From contig JAHIUF010000031.1 of assembly GCA_018817005.1 (NCBI GenBank), forward strand, positions 1-63,352: a stretch of 63,352 nt of DNA, given 5' to 3'. The translations under genes were made by a program, and so were the position numbers. The notes under the pieces are model-generated. The model worked only from the letters and a program-made list of their open reading frames with translations, made no database searches and was not told where the DNA came from. Source of the stretch: Nanobdellota archaeon (GTDB taxonomy: Archaea > Nanobdellota > Nanobdellia > Woesearchaeales > GCA-2686295). Each line of letters begins with the position of its first letter. Position 1 is the stretch's first letter. Shown one piece after another: positions 20,170 to 30,843 of this stretch.

Positions 20170-21381
20170 TTATTTTTTTAACAAATCATTGTATATTTTT
20201 AAACATTTCCCTGCGGGTATGTCCCAATTGAATTTTTTCACTTCTATTTGTCCATGTTCTTTGAGTGTTTTGTGCAGTGTTTCGTAGTATAAAAGTGCAA
20301 GTATTTTACTAGCAATATCATCTGTGTCCCAAAAGTCAACTTTTAAGCAATGATCTACTACTTCACTTACTCCTGATTGTTTTGAGATGATAACTGGTGT
20401 TCCTGATTTCATGGCTTCTAGGGGTGTTATTCCAAATGGTTCTGATACAGAGGGCATTACATATATATCTGCCATTTGATATGCTCTGCTAACGTCTTCG
20501 CCTGTTAAAAAACCTGCGAATAGTATATTTTTTGATATTCCAAGTTCTGCTGTTTTTTCAATCATTTTTGGTTCCATATCTCCACTGCCAACAACTACGA
20601 ATTTGACATTTGGGTCTCTTTCAAGCACTTTTTTTGCTGCTTCAATAAAGTAATCCGGTCCTTTTTGCAGTGTTATTCGTCCTAGAAATAATACTATTTT
20701 GTCAGTTTTTTCAATTCTATAAGTTTGTTCTTCTGAAAAATCTACGGCGTTATGTACAACTTCCACTTTGTCTGGTGATACTCCGTAGTGTCTTACAATT
20801 ATTGTTTTTGTATAGTTACTTACAGCAATCACTTTATCTGCTTCGTGCATACCTTTTCTTTCAATATCATAAACATACTGATTTATGTTTGTGCCACCTG
20901 ATCTGTCAAAAGAGGTTGCGTGAACATGTACCACTAATGGTTTGTTGGATATTTTTTTGGCATTTATTCCTGCTCGAAAAGTCATCCAGTCATGAGCGTG
21001 TATTATATCAAATTCTTCTGTTTGAGCAACTATTTTTGCTCGTTCACTAAACCGGTATATCTCTTCAAATATGTTTCGTCCGTAAAGATTTTTTGAAGGT
21101 GATTGTTTTTCTAAATAAAGATTTTTTTCATAAGATTCTATTGTAAGATAAGGCATAAGTATAGAATCTATTTTTTTGATTCTTATCTTTGTATTTTTAA
21201 AGTAATTTTCTGCAACAAGAAGCTTTACGTGTTTGGAGGTTATATTTTCAGGGCCTTTAGGCATGACAAAGGTAACTGCTACATTGTGATGTTCTAAGCC
21301 TTTTGTCAGTCCATAACAAGCAGTTCCAAGTCCTCCAGAGTATATTGGTGGAAACTCCCATCCAAACATTAGAACTTTCAT
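20170..21381 (-). CDS. GT4 glycosyltransferase (glycogen-cluster type)
   Basis: GWEFPP..GGLG, HAHDW, QKGP, SEPFG; start at MKVLMF preferred. Confidence 0.88.
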   Translation of the reverse strand: MKVLMFGWEFPPIYSGGLGTACYGLTKGLEHHNVAVTFVMPKGPENITSKHVKLLVAENYFKNTKIRIKKIDSILMPYLTIESYEKNLYLEKQSPSKNLYGRNIFEEIYRFSERAKIVAQTEEFDIIHAHDWMTFRAGINAKKISNKPLVVHVHATSFDRSGGTNINQYVYDIERKGMHEADKVIAVSNYTKTIIVRHYGVSPDKVEVVHNAVDFSEEQTYRIEKTDKIVLFLGRITLQKGPDYFIEAAKKVLERDPNVKFVVVGSGDMEPKMIEKTAELGISKNILFAGFLTGEDVSRAYQMADIYVMPSVSEPFGITPLEAMKSGTPVIISKQSGVSEVVDHCLKVDFWDTDDIASKILALLYYETLHKTLKEHGQIEVKKFNWDIPAGKCLKIYNDLLKK

Positions 21382-21499
21382 TAATTCTTTCCCCTCTTTT
21401 TCCCTTTTTTTAAGAAGTGTATTCACCCCTTATTTTAGTCCTTAAACTATCTAATTAAATTATATTATCTTTGACTTTAAAAAGTTTCCCATACTAATT

Positions 21500-21572
21500 T
21501 AGTTATTAATTAACTAATTAAAAACATTAATTAATTAACTAACTTATTTAATCAAATAGAAAACTTTAAATA
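21500..21572. promoter_or_regulatory. divergent promoter region with candidate operator
   Basis: TAGTTA-N5-TAACTA at 21500-21516; TTAATTAACTAA at 21506 and 21531; TTTAAATA at 21565. Confidence 0.45.
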
Positions 21573-21596
21573 GGCGTCTTAATTTAAGACGATAAA

Positions 21597-22265
21597 GTGG
21601 ACTTTGAAACTTTGTTTGTGGAATCTAAATGGAGAATTCTAACTGAACTAGCACAAAAAAAACAGTCACCAACAGAGCTAGCAAAAAAAACAAATACTAG
21701 CGTTGCAAACATCAGCCAACAACTAAGACTCCTAGAAGCATACGGCATAGTAAAAAAACAAAAAGTAAAATCCAAAAACGAACCTGGAAAACCAAGAACT
21801 CTGTATGAAATAGGAAAAGAAGCAACACACATAATACATATTGAAAGAACAATAGCTGAAAAAAAGCTGTTTGAAAAAAATAACTGGACACAAGCAGCAA
21901 TAAATGCCCTTATGCTAGAAAAAGAGGAAGATGCATATTTCATAATTAAATTTTTATGTAAAGAAGAAATATTTAACAAATGCAAATCACTATTCATCAT
22001 AAGAAATAATCATGATTCAATAGAGGTTCTTTTAATAACAAAAAACTTTGAAGATATAAGAAAAGATTACAGCAGTATAGAATTAACCGGTCTGAATAAT
22101 AATAAGAAAAAAATAATTATTTGGAGTCATGATTTACCAGAAATAGAAACTGGAATAACAGAAAAAAACGAATATTTTATAAACCTTACAAACAAGATGA
22201 GAATCATCTACGATCCATCAAATTTAAAGGAACAAATAGAAAATGTCAGAACACGAAACCTATAA
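21597..22265 (+). CDS. ArsR-like winged-HTH regulator with C-terminal domain
   Basis: WRILTELA..SPTELAKK..ANISQQLRLLEAYGIV..GKPRTLY. Confidence 0.8.
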   Translation: MDFETLFVESKWRILTELAQKKQSPTELAKKTNTSVANISQQLRLLEAYGIVKKQKVKSKNEPGKPRTLYEIGKEATHIIHIERTIAEKKLFEKNNWTQAAINALMLEKEEDAYFIIKFLCKEEIFNKCKSLFIIRNNHDSIEVLLITKNFEDIRKDYSSIELTGLNNNKKKIIIWSHDLPEIETGITEKNEYFINLTNKMRIIYDPSNLKEQIENVRTRNL

Positions 22266-22521
22266 AACCCTTGATGAATTAAAATATGAAGACTTACTAG
22301 AATTAAAAAAAGCCATAAAAGAAAATAAAATAGAAATACTGATAAACAAACAATTAGAAAAATTTAAAAATGGAAACAAGGTATGTCCAGTTTGTAACAC
22401 ACTAATACAAGAAGGGGATCTAACACTATTTTTTGGTCCGATTGGACTTAGAAAACAAGCCACGTTTTGTGCAACGGACTGCTTAGAGTATTTCCTAACA
22501 AAATTAAAAAAGGAGTTGTAG
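22243..22521 (+). CDS. small Zn-finger-like protein
   Basis: CPVC...FCATDC (TRASH-like); overlaps the upstream gene. Confidence 0.7.
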   Translation: MSEHETYKTLDELKYEDLLELKKAIKENKIEILINKQLEKFKNGNKVCPVCNTLIQEGDLTLFFGPIGLRKQATFCATDCLEYFLTKLKKEL

Positions 22522-22523
22522 AA

Positions 22524-22790
22524 ATGAGTTTGGTGGAACTAAGAAGAGTTTTTGAAAAAAGAAGATACAATCTTATACAAACACTTGAATCTAACAAGGA
22601 AGAAATAGACTTGTCAAAACAGCATCAAATGTATGGTGCAGTAAGAGAAATTGAAAACTTCTTAAAAGCAATTGATTATCATAGGGAAAAAGAAGTAAAT
22701 TCTAACACAACAATCACGCTAAAAAACGAAGTACAACAAACATTTCTAAAAAAAATAAATTTAAAATTTAAAAGCCCAAACGATCAATAG
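22524..22790 (+). CDS. hypothetical protein
   Basis: GGAG RBS; ATG 3 nt after the upstream stop. Confidence 0.7.
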   Translation: MSLVELRRVFEKRRYNLIQTLESNKEEIDLSKQHQMYGAVREIENFLKAIDYHREKEVNSNTTITLKNEVQQTFLKKINLKFKSPNDQ

Positions 22791-22899
22791 ATCTCTTCTT
22801 CATTCTCATAAACAAACGATCTCCTCTAAGTTCTACCTGTTTATGAATAAAAAAACCGTTCTTAACAAGAATCCTCTCTCTATAAATAGCTTCAGTCAA
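22768..22899 (-). CDS. unannotated 43-aa basic protein
   Basis: GGGGTGA-5nt-TTG start; MTEAIYRERILVKNGFFIHKQVELRGDRLFMRMKKRSIDRLGF*. Confidence 0.5.
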   Translation of the reverse strand: MTEAIYRERILVKNGFFIHKQVELRGDRLFMRMKKRSIDRLGF

Positions 22900-22937
22900 A
22901 ACTATCACCCCAAAAAAGTAAAACTACGTCAGAGTTT

Positions 22938-24377
22938 TTAAATCTTTTGATGCAATGTTCGCTCGTACAATATAACCATTAAGAAGTACAAAGGTGCAAC
23001 AATAAAACAGGTTGCAAAAATTAAAATCTTAAAAAAGGTTGTCAAACCAACAGCTCCAACTAAATAAGAACCAAAAGGCACGAGTATGAGTAAGGGGAGA
23101 GCAGTGACAAAACCTAAGAAACTAAAATAGATTCGTCGTTCTTCTTCGAATAATAATTTACGTGTGAATAAAGACTGACCAACCCCTACAATTGAACCTC
23201 CAAGAATAGATAAGGCACTTGCAGCACACACAACCGCTATGGAACGGTTATAAACTAATGCTAAAGGAAGCATGGCTGAAAGAAGTGTTCCAAAAACAAG
23301 CATGGGAGAAACACCTATGTAATCCTTAAGTTTTCTAGTAACAAGAGGTCCTAAAAAAGAAACCAAAACTGCAATTACAAAAACAAAAGATACATTTAAA
23401 AAACCCCCTAAAAAAGATGTTTTGAAAAACTCGTAGATAAAAATTCCATAAAAAGAAGTTCCTAAAACCTGTAATATTCCGGAAATAGCAGAAGTTAAAG
23501 CCAAAAGCAAAACAATCTTGTTATTGAGAAAAACACCCATGTGAAGCTTTGCTCTTGAAAAAAATTCACCAAAAAAAGAAAAAACTCTCGTTTTAGAAAC
23601 AACAATATTTTCTTTGATAAATGAAAGAACATAACTCGAAATTATAAATACAAATGCAGTTATTTCAAAACAAATTAAATATCCGTAAACAGCAATACTT
23701 TTTCCAAAAAGATTGATTTTGAAAGAACCAGAACTCGGGAAAAAATCCATGACAAAACCAGATATTAGTAAAGAAAGTGCAGTTATTAGAATACCAAAAT
23801 AAGCAACTTTTGTCAAAAAAAAACCCCTATTTTTATCTGAGAGATTCTCCCTTAAAAATCGAAGATAAAACTCACCATGAGTCACGACTGCAGCACAGCC
23901 TATCAGAATTGCAAATGCGAAAATCAAAGGGTTTTTTACCATTCTTCCAACAGCCATTAAAAGAAAACTGAAACCAAATATAACCCCGCCTCGTTTTATA
24001 AGCTTTTTTCCAATATAATGAACCTTTGAAAATTCCTTAAAATAAGAAGACAAAAATAATGATAGAATCATTTTTAAACCGTTAACGAAAGCAATGAAAA
24101 AATAAGACGCTCCTGAATGCAAAAACAAAATATTTATGAAAGGATTTGATACGAACCCATAACCAATTCTATCAAAGATTTCTTTTAAAGCAAATAGTTT
24201 AGAAAGTTTTTTTGAAGACAAAGCCTTATCTGAATGAACTCTTGCTGCAAAACGCTCAATTTCTGTGTCTATTTCATCTTCCAAAAAACCCTTTTCCATG
24301 AGTTGTTTCTTCAAATCAGAAAGTGATTGATTGTCTTGAAAACCATGTTCAATAAACGAAAGTAAATCCTCACCCAT
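22938..24377 (-). CDS. MFS-like transporter with N-terminal helical domain
   Basis: About 12 TM segments in two halves; soluble N-terminus LKKQLMEKGFLEDEI. Confidence 0.75.
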   Translation of the reverse strand: MGEDLLSFIEHGFQDNQSLSDLKKQLMEKGFLEDEIDTEIERFAARVHSDKALSSKKLSKLFALKEIFDRIGYGFVSNPFINILFLHSGASYFFIAFVNGLKMILSLFLSSYFKEFSKVHYIGKKLIKRGGVIFGFSFLLMAVGRMVKNPLIFAFAILIGCAAVVTHGEFYLRFLRENLSDKNRGFFLTKVAYFGILITALSLLISGFVMDFFPSSGSFKINLFGKSIAVYGYLICFEITAFVFIISSYVLSFIKENIVVSKTRVFSFFGEFFSRAKLHMGVFLNNKIVLLLALTSAISGILQVLGTSFYGIFIYEFFKTSFLGGFLNVSFVFVIAVLVSFLGPLVTRKLKDYIGVSPMLVFGTLLSAMLPLALVYNRSIAVVCAASALSILGGSIVGVGQSLFTRKLLFEEERRIYFSFLGFVTALPLLILVPFGSYLVGAVGLTTFFKILIFATCFIVAPLYFLMVILYERTLHQKI

Positions 24378-24533
24378 TTTAAATATAAAAAGAATTGATA
24401 ACTATTTAAAGTTATTGCTTGAATAAAACAGTCGAACAATAAAAAACTAAAGTAAACTCAAAATAGTCATTGTAACAACTATGAAAGAGAAACAAACATT
24501 TTTAAAAACCAAAAAGCAAACTAAGATGTATAA

Positions 24534-25787
24534 ATGAAATTTACTTTTGGATTGAAAAAAATAGCTTCCGGAAACAAGAGGGGAAGAATACTTGAACAAT
24601 GGAAGTTTGACTCTCACAGCAGTCTACTAGCGCCACCAATAATTGCAAGTTTAACAAAAAACAAGTCTCACAGCATAATTACTGGAACCAAAGACGGAAA
24701 AATCATATCTGTGGATCTTGACGCGAATATTGAGTGGGTTTTTAATGCCAAAGAAGACATTGATAAAATGGAATTAATGTTTTTGGATGTAGAAACATCA
24801 AGCTCAATACAAGCATCACCAAATGTTTGTGATATAAATAATGATGGAGAAAAAGAAATCGTTGTAGGATCAGAATTAGGAAATATCTACACACTTAACT
24901 CTAAGGGTAAGCTATTGTGGAAATTCAAAACAAACGGATCCATAAGAGGAACACCATTAATTGCTGACATAAACAACGATGGAAAAAAAGAAATAATATT
25001 TGGCTCAGGAGACAAAAATTTATACGCTTTAGATAATAGAGGAGTTCCACTATGGAAATACGATGCAAAAACAGAAATTGAATCTTGTCCTCAAAAAGTT
25101 CAAAATCAAATAGTTTTTGGATGTAGTAACGGTGAAATAACTTCTGTGAATAATAAAGGAGAGCTATTGTGGAGATTCAAAACAAAAGCTAAAGTTCTTG
25201 CTCAACCAATTTCTGGAAAGATTTTTGGTAATGAAAAAGAAGTAATTATAATTGGTTCAACAGACAATTACTTGTACTGTCTTGATTTAAAAGGAGAACT
25301 CATCTGGAGCTTTAAAACAAGAGGAGCAATATATTCAAAAGTAGTTCTGGCAGATATTAATAACGATGGACAATTAGAAATAATATTTGGTTCTTGTGAT
25401 AATAATGTTTACGCATTAGATTCCAACGGAGAAATAATCTGGTCCTATGAAACTGACTTTTGGATTGTAGCTCCCCCGCTGGTTGAAGACATTGATGGGG
25501 ATGGACAGTTAGAAGTTATCGTCGGATCATATGATCAAAACATTTACATCTTAGATGCTAGAGGAAGCTATAAATTAAACTATGTTCCAGGAGTTTCAAG
25601 CGTTATGCAACAAGCAGGACACTACACAGACATCATGACAGAAGAACCAGGAACTATTACTGGCAAAAAAATCTGGCAATATAAAACTGAAGGCATAATT
25701 GTTGGCTGTGGATATATAAATGAAACTAAAAGCATAATAGTAAATACAAAAACAGGAAAAATAAATAAACTAACACATCAAGATTAA
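24534..25787 (+). CDS. PQQ-like/FG-GAP beta-propeller protein without signal peptide
   Basis: Repeated G..LW.F.T and D-I-N-N-D-G-x-x-E-I-I loops. Confidence 0.85.
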   Translation: MKFTFGLKKIASGNKRGRILEQWKFDSHSSLLAPPIIASLTKNKSHSIITGTKDGKIISVDLDANIEWVFNAKEDIDKMELMFLDVETSSSIQASPNVCDINNDGEKEIVVGSELGNIYTLNSKGKLLWKFKTNGSIRGTPLIADINNDGKKEIIFGSGDKNLYALDNRGVPLWKYDAKTEIESCPQKVQNQIVFGCSNGEITSVNNKGELLWRFKTKAKVLAQPISGKIFGNEKEVIIIGSTDNYLYCLDLKGELIWSFKTRGAIYSKVVLADINNDGQLEIIFGSCDNNVYALDSNGEIIWSYETDFWIVAPPLVEDIDGDGQLEVIVGSYDQNIYILDARGSYKLNYVPGVSSVMQQAGHYTDIMTEEPGTITGKKIWQYKTEGIIVGCGYINETKSIIVNTKTGKINKLTHQD

Positions 25788-25806
25788 AAAAAAATGAGGT
25801 AAAAAA

Positions 25807-26616
25807 ATGGTTGAAGAAGTATCAGAACAAAAAATCATCAGAAGAATAAGAACATATATTAACGGGCTGGATGAGCATATGGAAGGCGGAATACCTGAAG
25901 GACATGCAACACTTATAAGTGGAACGGCTGGAACGATGAAATCATCAGTCTGTTTCAACATCTTATACAATGAAGCACTTAAAGGGAAAAAAAGTTTGTA
26001 CGTATCTTTAGAACAATCCTATGAATCACTTGTTCAACATATGAGTAATATGAGATTGAATATTCACAGAATCAAATTATTACCAATAAAAGATCTTACA
26101 AAAATTAATGAGGTTGTGAACAAAGCAAAAGCCGGAGATACAGGCAGCATTATTATTGCAGATGTTGGTTGTATAAGAAATGAAATTAAAGACATTAAAC
26201 TTGGGGACAACAGAAGCTGGCTAAATGTAATAAAAAATATTATAAAAAAGATGAAAGCAGATCTTAATTGTGACTTGGTAGTTTTAGACTCAATGTCTGC
26301 GCTTTATGTGCTTTCAAGATTTGAGAATCCGAGAATAGAACTATTTTATCTTTTTGAATTCTTAAAAAGCATGGAAATAACATCTTATCTCATATCAGAA
26401 ACAACAGATAATGGTGCTTACAGCGAACTTGGAATGGAAGATTTTCTCGCCGATGGAATAATAAACCTCAGACTCACGCCTTTCAGAAGAAATATTGTTA
26501 GAGAAATTGCAATCGTTAAGATGAGAGCAACAGATTGTAATAATGATATTTTCAGTCTGGAATTTAAAAATGGACAATTCCAAGCACTTTACGGCGGACA
26601 AAACCCATTATTATAA
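25807..26616 (+). CDS. KaiC/RAD55-like RecA-fold ATPase
   Basis: GLDEHMEGGIP, GTAGTMKS, SLEQ, VVLDS, DGII, KMR. Confidence 0.88.
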   Translation: MVEEVSEQKIIRRIRTYINGLDEHMEGGIPEGHATLISGTAGTMKSSVCFNILYNEALKGKKSLYVSLEQSYESLVQHMSNMRLNIHRIKLLPIKDLTKINEVVNKAKAGDTGSIIIADVGCIRNEIKDIKLGDNRSWLNVIKNIIKKMKADLNCDLVVLDSMSALYVLSRFENPRIELFYLFEFLKSMEITSYLISETTDNGAYSELGMEDFLADGIINLRLTPFRRNIVREIAIVKMRATDCNNDIFSLEFKNGQFQALYGGQNPLL

Positions 26617-26695
26617 AAACTAATTTTTTATTTTTTTCACAAAATTTCTCTTTGCAAAAGACTTAAAAATAAAATCTGATTCTATTTTACGAAAA

Positions 26696-26977
26696 ATGAA
26701 TTTAATAACAGATATAATAAAAATATTGTCTTTACCACAGGAAATAAGCGAAAAAACAAAGAGAACCGCCCTAAAAGAATTGATTGAGAACAACATTGAC
26801 TACGACTTGTCAGAAGATTTTGTCAAAAAAGAAAAAACATTTGCAGAAGAATATAAAATTCTTGGAACAACAGATTTCTTAGAGAAGTATTCCGGTTTAT
26901 TTTCCGAAGACCAGCAATTGGGTATTGAAATAACCGTGCTTGACAAAACAATTTATGAATTGTACAAAAAGGATTAA
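26696..26977 (+). CDS. hypothetical protein
   Basis: ORF with TATA-like box ~25 nt upstream. Confidence 0.6.
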   Translation: MNLITDIIKILSLPQEISEKTKRTALKELIENNIDYDLSEDFVKKEKTFAEEYKILGTTDFLEKYSGLFSEDQQLGIEITVLDKTIYELYKKD

Positions 26978-27020
26978 AAAACCCAAAACATTTTTAATAA
27001 GGAATAAGTTCTTTTAACTT

Positions 27021-28550
27021 ATGATTAAGGGGCAGGTTGTTTCTGGAAGATTTGGAGAAATAGTTGCAAGAGTCAAATCAGATGTTGATTTAGAGCTTGG
27101 AGAACTATTAACTGCAGACTCAAAAGCTGGAAAAGTACTACTGCAAGTTTATGATTTGGTTTATAGCAGCCAGATATCTCAGCAAAATCTTGAGTTAATA
27201 TCTGGTATGAATCTCGAAGAGTCATCTGACTTTGAATTTATGGATGCAAAACTAAGAAATTATGAACTTGCACTTCTAAAAAGCCTTGTAACGATAAAGC
27301 CTAAAAAAGTCGTTTCATCTAAATCACTACCAACTTTTTTTTCAGAAATAAAAGAAATCACCAAAGAAGATGTAACCTTTCTCACAAAGCCTAAAGAACC
27401 TCTTTTTTTAGGAAATCTCAGGTCAGGAACAAGAGATTTGAATTTTCCAGTGTTTCTACCCGCAGAAAAAGTGTTTTCTCATCACGTATTAATAACTGGA
27501 ACAACAGGAAAGGGAAAAAGTGTTTTGATGACAAACCTTATTTGGGATACTATTGAAAAAGAATCTTGTGCACTGCTAGTTTTAGATCCTCATGATGAAT
27601 ATTTTGGAAGAAACAAAAAAGGACTAAAAGACCATCCTTCAAAAAAAGTGTGTTATTACACTTCTAAAAATCCACCCACAGGTCAAAAAACATTAAAAAT
27701 AAATCTCAAATGCGTAAAACCTCACCACTTATCGTTTATAGACTTTTCACAACCGCAAAGACAAGCAATGGGTTTATACTATAAAAAATATGGTGATAAA
27801 TGGGTTGAAGCAGTAATCCTTGAAAAACCTCTGAATGTTGATTTTAATGAAGCAACAATCTCAGTTCTAAAGAGAAGACTATTATCATTACTAGACTTGG
27901 ATTTTAATGATACACAGGTTTTTTGCGAGGGAATTTTCTCTCTCAATGCTGGTGAAACAATAATTTCTGATATTTGCTCAGAATTAGAATCCAGCAAAAC
28001 AGTTATTGTTGATACAAGCAACTTCTCAGGGCAAACAGAACTTTTAATAGGCTCTCTTGTTGCAAGCGAAATACTCAGACGTTATAAAAATTACAAGATA
28101 AAAGGAGAAATTGATAAAAAACCTGTTATAAGTGTCGTCTTAGAAGAAGCGCCAAGAGTTATTGGCAAAGAAATCCTAGAAAAAGGATCAAATGTGTTTT
28201 CAACCATTGCAAGAGAAGGTCGAAAATTTAAAGTTGGACTGGTTGCAATAACGCAACTTCCAAGTTTGATTCCAAGAGTTATTCTTGCAAACATGAACAC
28301 GAAAATAATTCTTGGAACTGAAATGAATTCAGAAAGACAAGCAATAATTGAGTCTGCTTCACAAGACTTAAGCAGCGATAATAGATCAATTGCAAGCCTT
28401 GATGTGGGTGAAGCAATTGTTTCAAGTAATTTTTCTAAATTTGCACTTCCAATTCATATTCCTCTATTTGAAGATATGATACAAAAACAAAAAAAAGAAG
28501 AAAAAGAAGATAGTTCGATTAAAACAGTTTTTTCAGGTGTAAAATTATGA
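27021..28550 (+). CDS. herA: HerA bipolar helicase
   Basis: HAS barrel, [28 protein letters not shown]; coupled to mre11. Confidence 0.9.
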   Translation: MIKGQVVSGRFGEIVARVKSDVDLELGELLTADSKAGKVLLQVYDLVYSSQISQQNLELISGMNLEESSDFEFMDAKLRNYELALLKSLVTIKPKKVVSSKSLPTFFSEIKEITKEDVTFLTKPKEPLFLGNLRSGTRDLNFPVFLPAEKVFSHHVLITGTTGKGKSVLMTNLIWDTIEKESCALLVLDPHDEYFGRNKKGLKDHPSKKVCYYTSKNPPTGQKTLKINLKCVKPHHLSFIDFSQPQRQAMGLYYKKYGDKWVEAVILEKPLNVDFNEATISVLKRRLLSLLDLDFNDTQVFCEGIFSLNAGETIISDICSELESSKTVIVDTSNFSGQTELLIGSLVASEILRRYKNYKIKGEIDKKPVISVVLEEAPRVIGKEILEKGSNVFSTIAREGRKFKVGLVAITQLPSLIPRVILANMNTKIILGTEMNSERQAIIESASQDLSSDNRSIASLDVGEAIVSSNFSKFALPIHIPLFEDMIQKQKKEEKEDSSIKTVFSGVKL

Positions 28551-29758
28551 AGTTTGCTCACATGGCTGATTGTCATATTGGTTCGTGGCGAGATCCAAAA
28601 CTTAAAGAGTTGTCAATCCTTGCCTTTGAAAGAGCAGTTGATATCTGTATAGAAAAAAAAGTTGATTTCATACTTATCTGCGGAGACCTATTCAACACTT
28701 CACTTCCTGGAATTGATTTTTTGAAGCGAACAACAAAAAAATTAAAAGAACTTGAAAGAAAAGAAATTACTGTTTATGTTATCCCCGGAAGCCACGATTT
28801 TTCTCCAAGCGGAAAAACAATCCTTGATGTGCTAGAAGAAGCCGAACTACTAATAAACGTGGTCAAAGGTTCTGTTAAAGACGACATTCTTAAATTAAAG
28901 TTCACCATTAATAAAAAAACTGGTACAAAAATTACTGGGCTTCTTGGACGAAGAGGGCTTTTAGAAAGATCTTATTATGAAAAGCTTGATAAAAAAAGTC
29001 TTGAAGAAGAACCTGGTTCAAAGATTTTTATGTTTCACACAGCCCTTTCTGAACTTAAACCAATAGAACTTGAAAAAATGGATTCAGCACCAATATCTTT
29101 CCTTCCAAAAGGTTTTGAATATTATGCAGGGGGACATGTTCATATTGTTCGCGATGAAACACTTGAAGGTTACAAGAAAGTTGTTTATCCTGGTCCTTTA
29201 TTTCCTGCTAATTTTTCAGAACTTGAAAAACTCAAGCAGGGAGGTTTTTACATTTATAATCATGGAAAACTTGAATTTATGCCTATTAATGTAAAAAATG
29301 TATTTCTTTTACAAGTTGACGCACATAGAAAAACACCTCAAGAGGTCTTTGAAGAAATTGTTGATGTCATAAAAAATCATGAGTTCAACAACACAATCGT
29401 CCTTTTAAGGATTTTTGGAAAATTGAAATCAGGTAAACCTTCGGATGTTGATTTTAAAAAAATATTTACTATGATTTATGGTAAAGCTGCATTTTTTGTT
29501 ATGAAAAACACTTCAAAACTTATAAGTGAGGAGTTTGAAGAAATAAAAATAACCGCTAGTTCTGTAGAAGAAATTGAAAATGAAATTATAAAAGAGAATT
29601 TGGGTCAAATAAATACTTCTTTTTCTAAAAACGAAGAAGTGGTTGCAAAAAAATTTTTGGAGATTTTAACAACAGAGAAAAAAGAAGGCGAAAAAGTTTA
29701 TGAATTTAATAAACGCATAAAAGATGAACTTGATAATATTTTAAATTTGAATGAATAA
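28547..29758 (+). CDS. mre11: Mre11 nuclease
   Basis: ADCHIG, GDLF, GSHD, FHT, GHVH, YPG. Confidence 0.9.
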   Translation: MKFAHMADCHIGSWRDPKLKELSILAFERAVDICIEKKVDFILICGDLFNTSLPGIDFLKRTTKKLKELERKEITVYVIPGSHDFSPSGKTILDVLEEAELLINVVKGSVKDDILKLKFTINKKTGTKITGLLGRRGLLERSYYEKLDKKSLEEEPGSKIFMFHTALSELKPIELEKMDSAPISFLPKGFEYYAGGHVHIVRDETLEGYKKVVYPGPLFPANFSELEKLKQGGFYIYNHGKLEFMPINVKNVFLLQVDAHRKTPQEVFEEIVDVIKNHEFNNTIVLLRIFGKLKSGKPSDVDFKKIFTMIYGKAAFFVMKNTSKLISEEFEEIKITASSVEEIENEIIKENLGQINTSFSKNEEVVAKKFLEILTTEKKEGEKVYEFNKRIKDELDNILNLNE

Positions 29759-29769
29759 GTCTTTTCTAG

Positions 29770-30339
29770 CTAAAGTTTTTTTACAGCCTCACATAAATTA
29801 TTGGTCTTTTCCCATGTTCGCTCAAGTCTTTTATTGGCTTCAAAGATGAGTATTTTGAGATAATCTTCTGAAATAAGTATTTTTCCTTCTGCAGCGATGA
29901 TTGTTTCAATTTTTTCTGTTGACCAAAGTTCAATCATTAAGTGTTTTTCAACTTCAAAAAGACCACCACGTTTAAATCCGATTCTTCTTGCAATTCTCAA
30001 CAGTTTAGATGCGCTTTTCAGGTCTTTTGCGCAAATATGGATTATTGCTGGCTCTTGTCTAAACCAAAGTTTTTCTGTGCTGTCATATTTTTTCAAGGAG
30101 TCTTTTAATTCTTTATAGTCTCCTTTTTTATGGGTTCGATAAATAAACTGTGCTTCTCTCTTGCTTCCAGAAAGAGGTATTTGTATAAGAATTATTCTTC
30201 CAGAACAAGAACTGGTTGTGTAATAGTTTTCTTTAGAATTGATAATATCAATGAGTTGTTCTATAGGTTTATCTACTGCGCCAATATTGCTTTTGTCTTT
30301 TCGTTGCATAATTCTTTTTTTATCGCTTAAAAAAGTCAT
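29770..30339 (-). CDS. taw3: tRNA wybutosine methyltransferase TYW3/Taw3
   Basis: D.SNIGAVD, TTSSCSGRI. Confidence 0.9.
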   Translation of the reverse strand: MTFLSDKKRIMQRKDKSNIGAVDKPIEQLIDIINSKENYYTTSSCSGRIILIQIPLSGSKREAQFIYRTHKKGDYKELKDSLKKYDSTEKLWFRQEPAIIHICAKDLKSASKLLRIARRIGFKRGGLFEVEKHLMIELWSTEKIETIIAAEGKILISEDYLKILIFEANKRLERTWEKTNNLCEAVKKL

Positions 30340-30841
30340 GTTTCATAAGTTGTGTTTTTTCAATGTATTCTAAATCTAAATCTTTTTCAATTTCAGGATG
30401 AAGTTTTGCGCTAATATAATTTTTCACTATCAATACTTTTTTAACTTTAAACCATTTAGTGTAACATATTTCAATCATTGCTCCAGGCGAATATCCTACA
30501 ACAAGCAAAACATCTGATTCTTCGCAAAGTTTTTCAGGCTGATTTCTCCAGGTTCCACAAGTTATTATTTCATCAGCAAGACTTGGCTCAACATCTAAAA
30601 GACCCCAATCATCATCGTCTGTTGGTATTATACCTATAATTCTTTTTCCACCAGCGTTTTTATATGCTTTAGCAATTATTCCGGGTGCATTTGTTTGTGC
30701 TGGTACAACTACAAGTTCATGACCTGTGAGTGCTATCTGCTTACCAATATTTTCTAAAAAAGAAAAATAATCTATTTTTTTCAACTTCAAAGTTTCGCAA
30801 AACTCTTTGATTCTTGTCGGTCCTGCTATTCCTATCTTCAT
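30320..30841 (-). CDS. LOG/SLOG-fold nucleotide-binding protein
   Basis: KIGIAG, AKAYKNAGG..IGIIP, SDVLLVVG.SPGAMIE. Confidence 0.6.
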   Translation of the reverse strand: MKIGIAGPTRIKEFCETLKLKKIDYFSFLENIGKQIALTGHELVVVPAQTNAPGIIAKAYKNAGGKRIIGIIPTDDDDWGLLDVEPSLADEIITCGTWRNQPEKLCEESDVLLVVGYSPGAMIEICYTKWFKVKKVLIVKNYISAKLHPEIEKDLDLEYIEKTQLMKHDFFKR

Positions 30842-30843
30842 TT

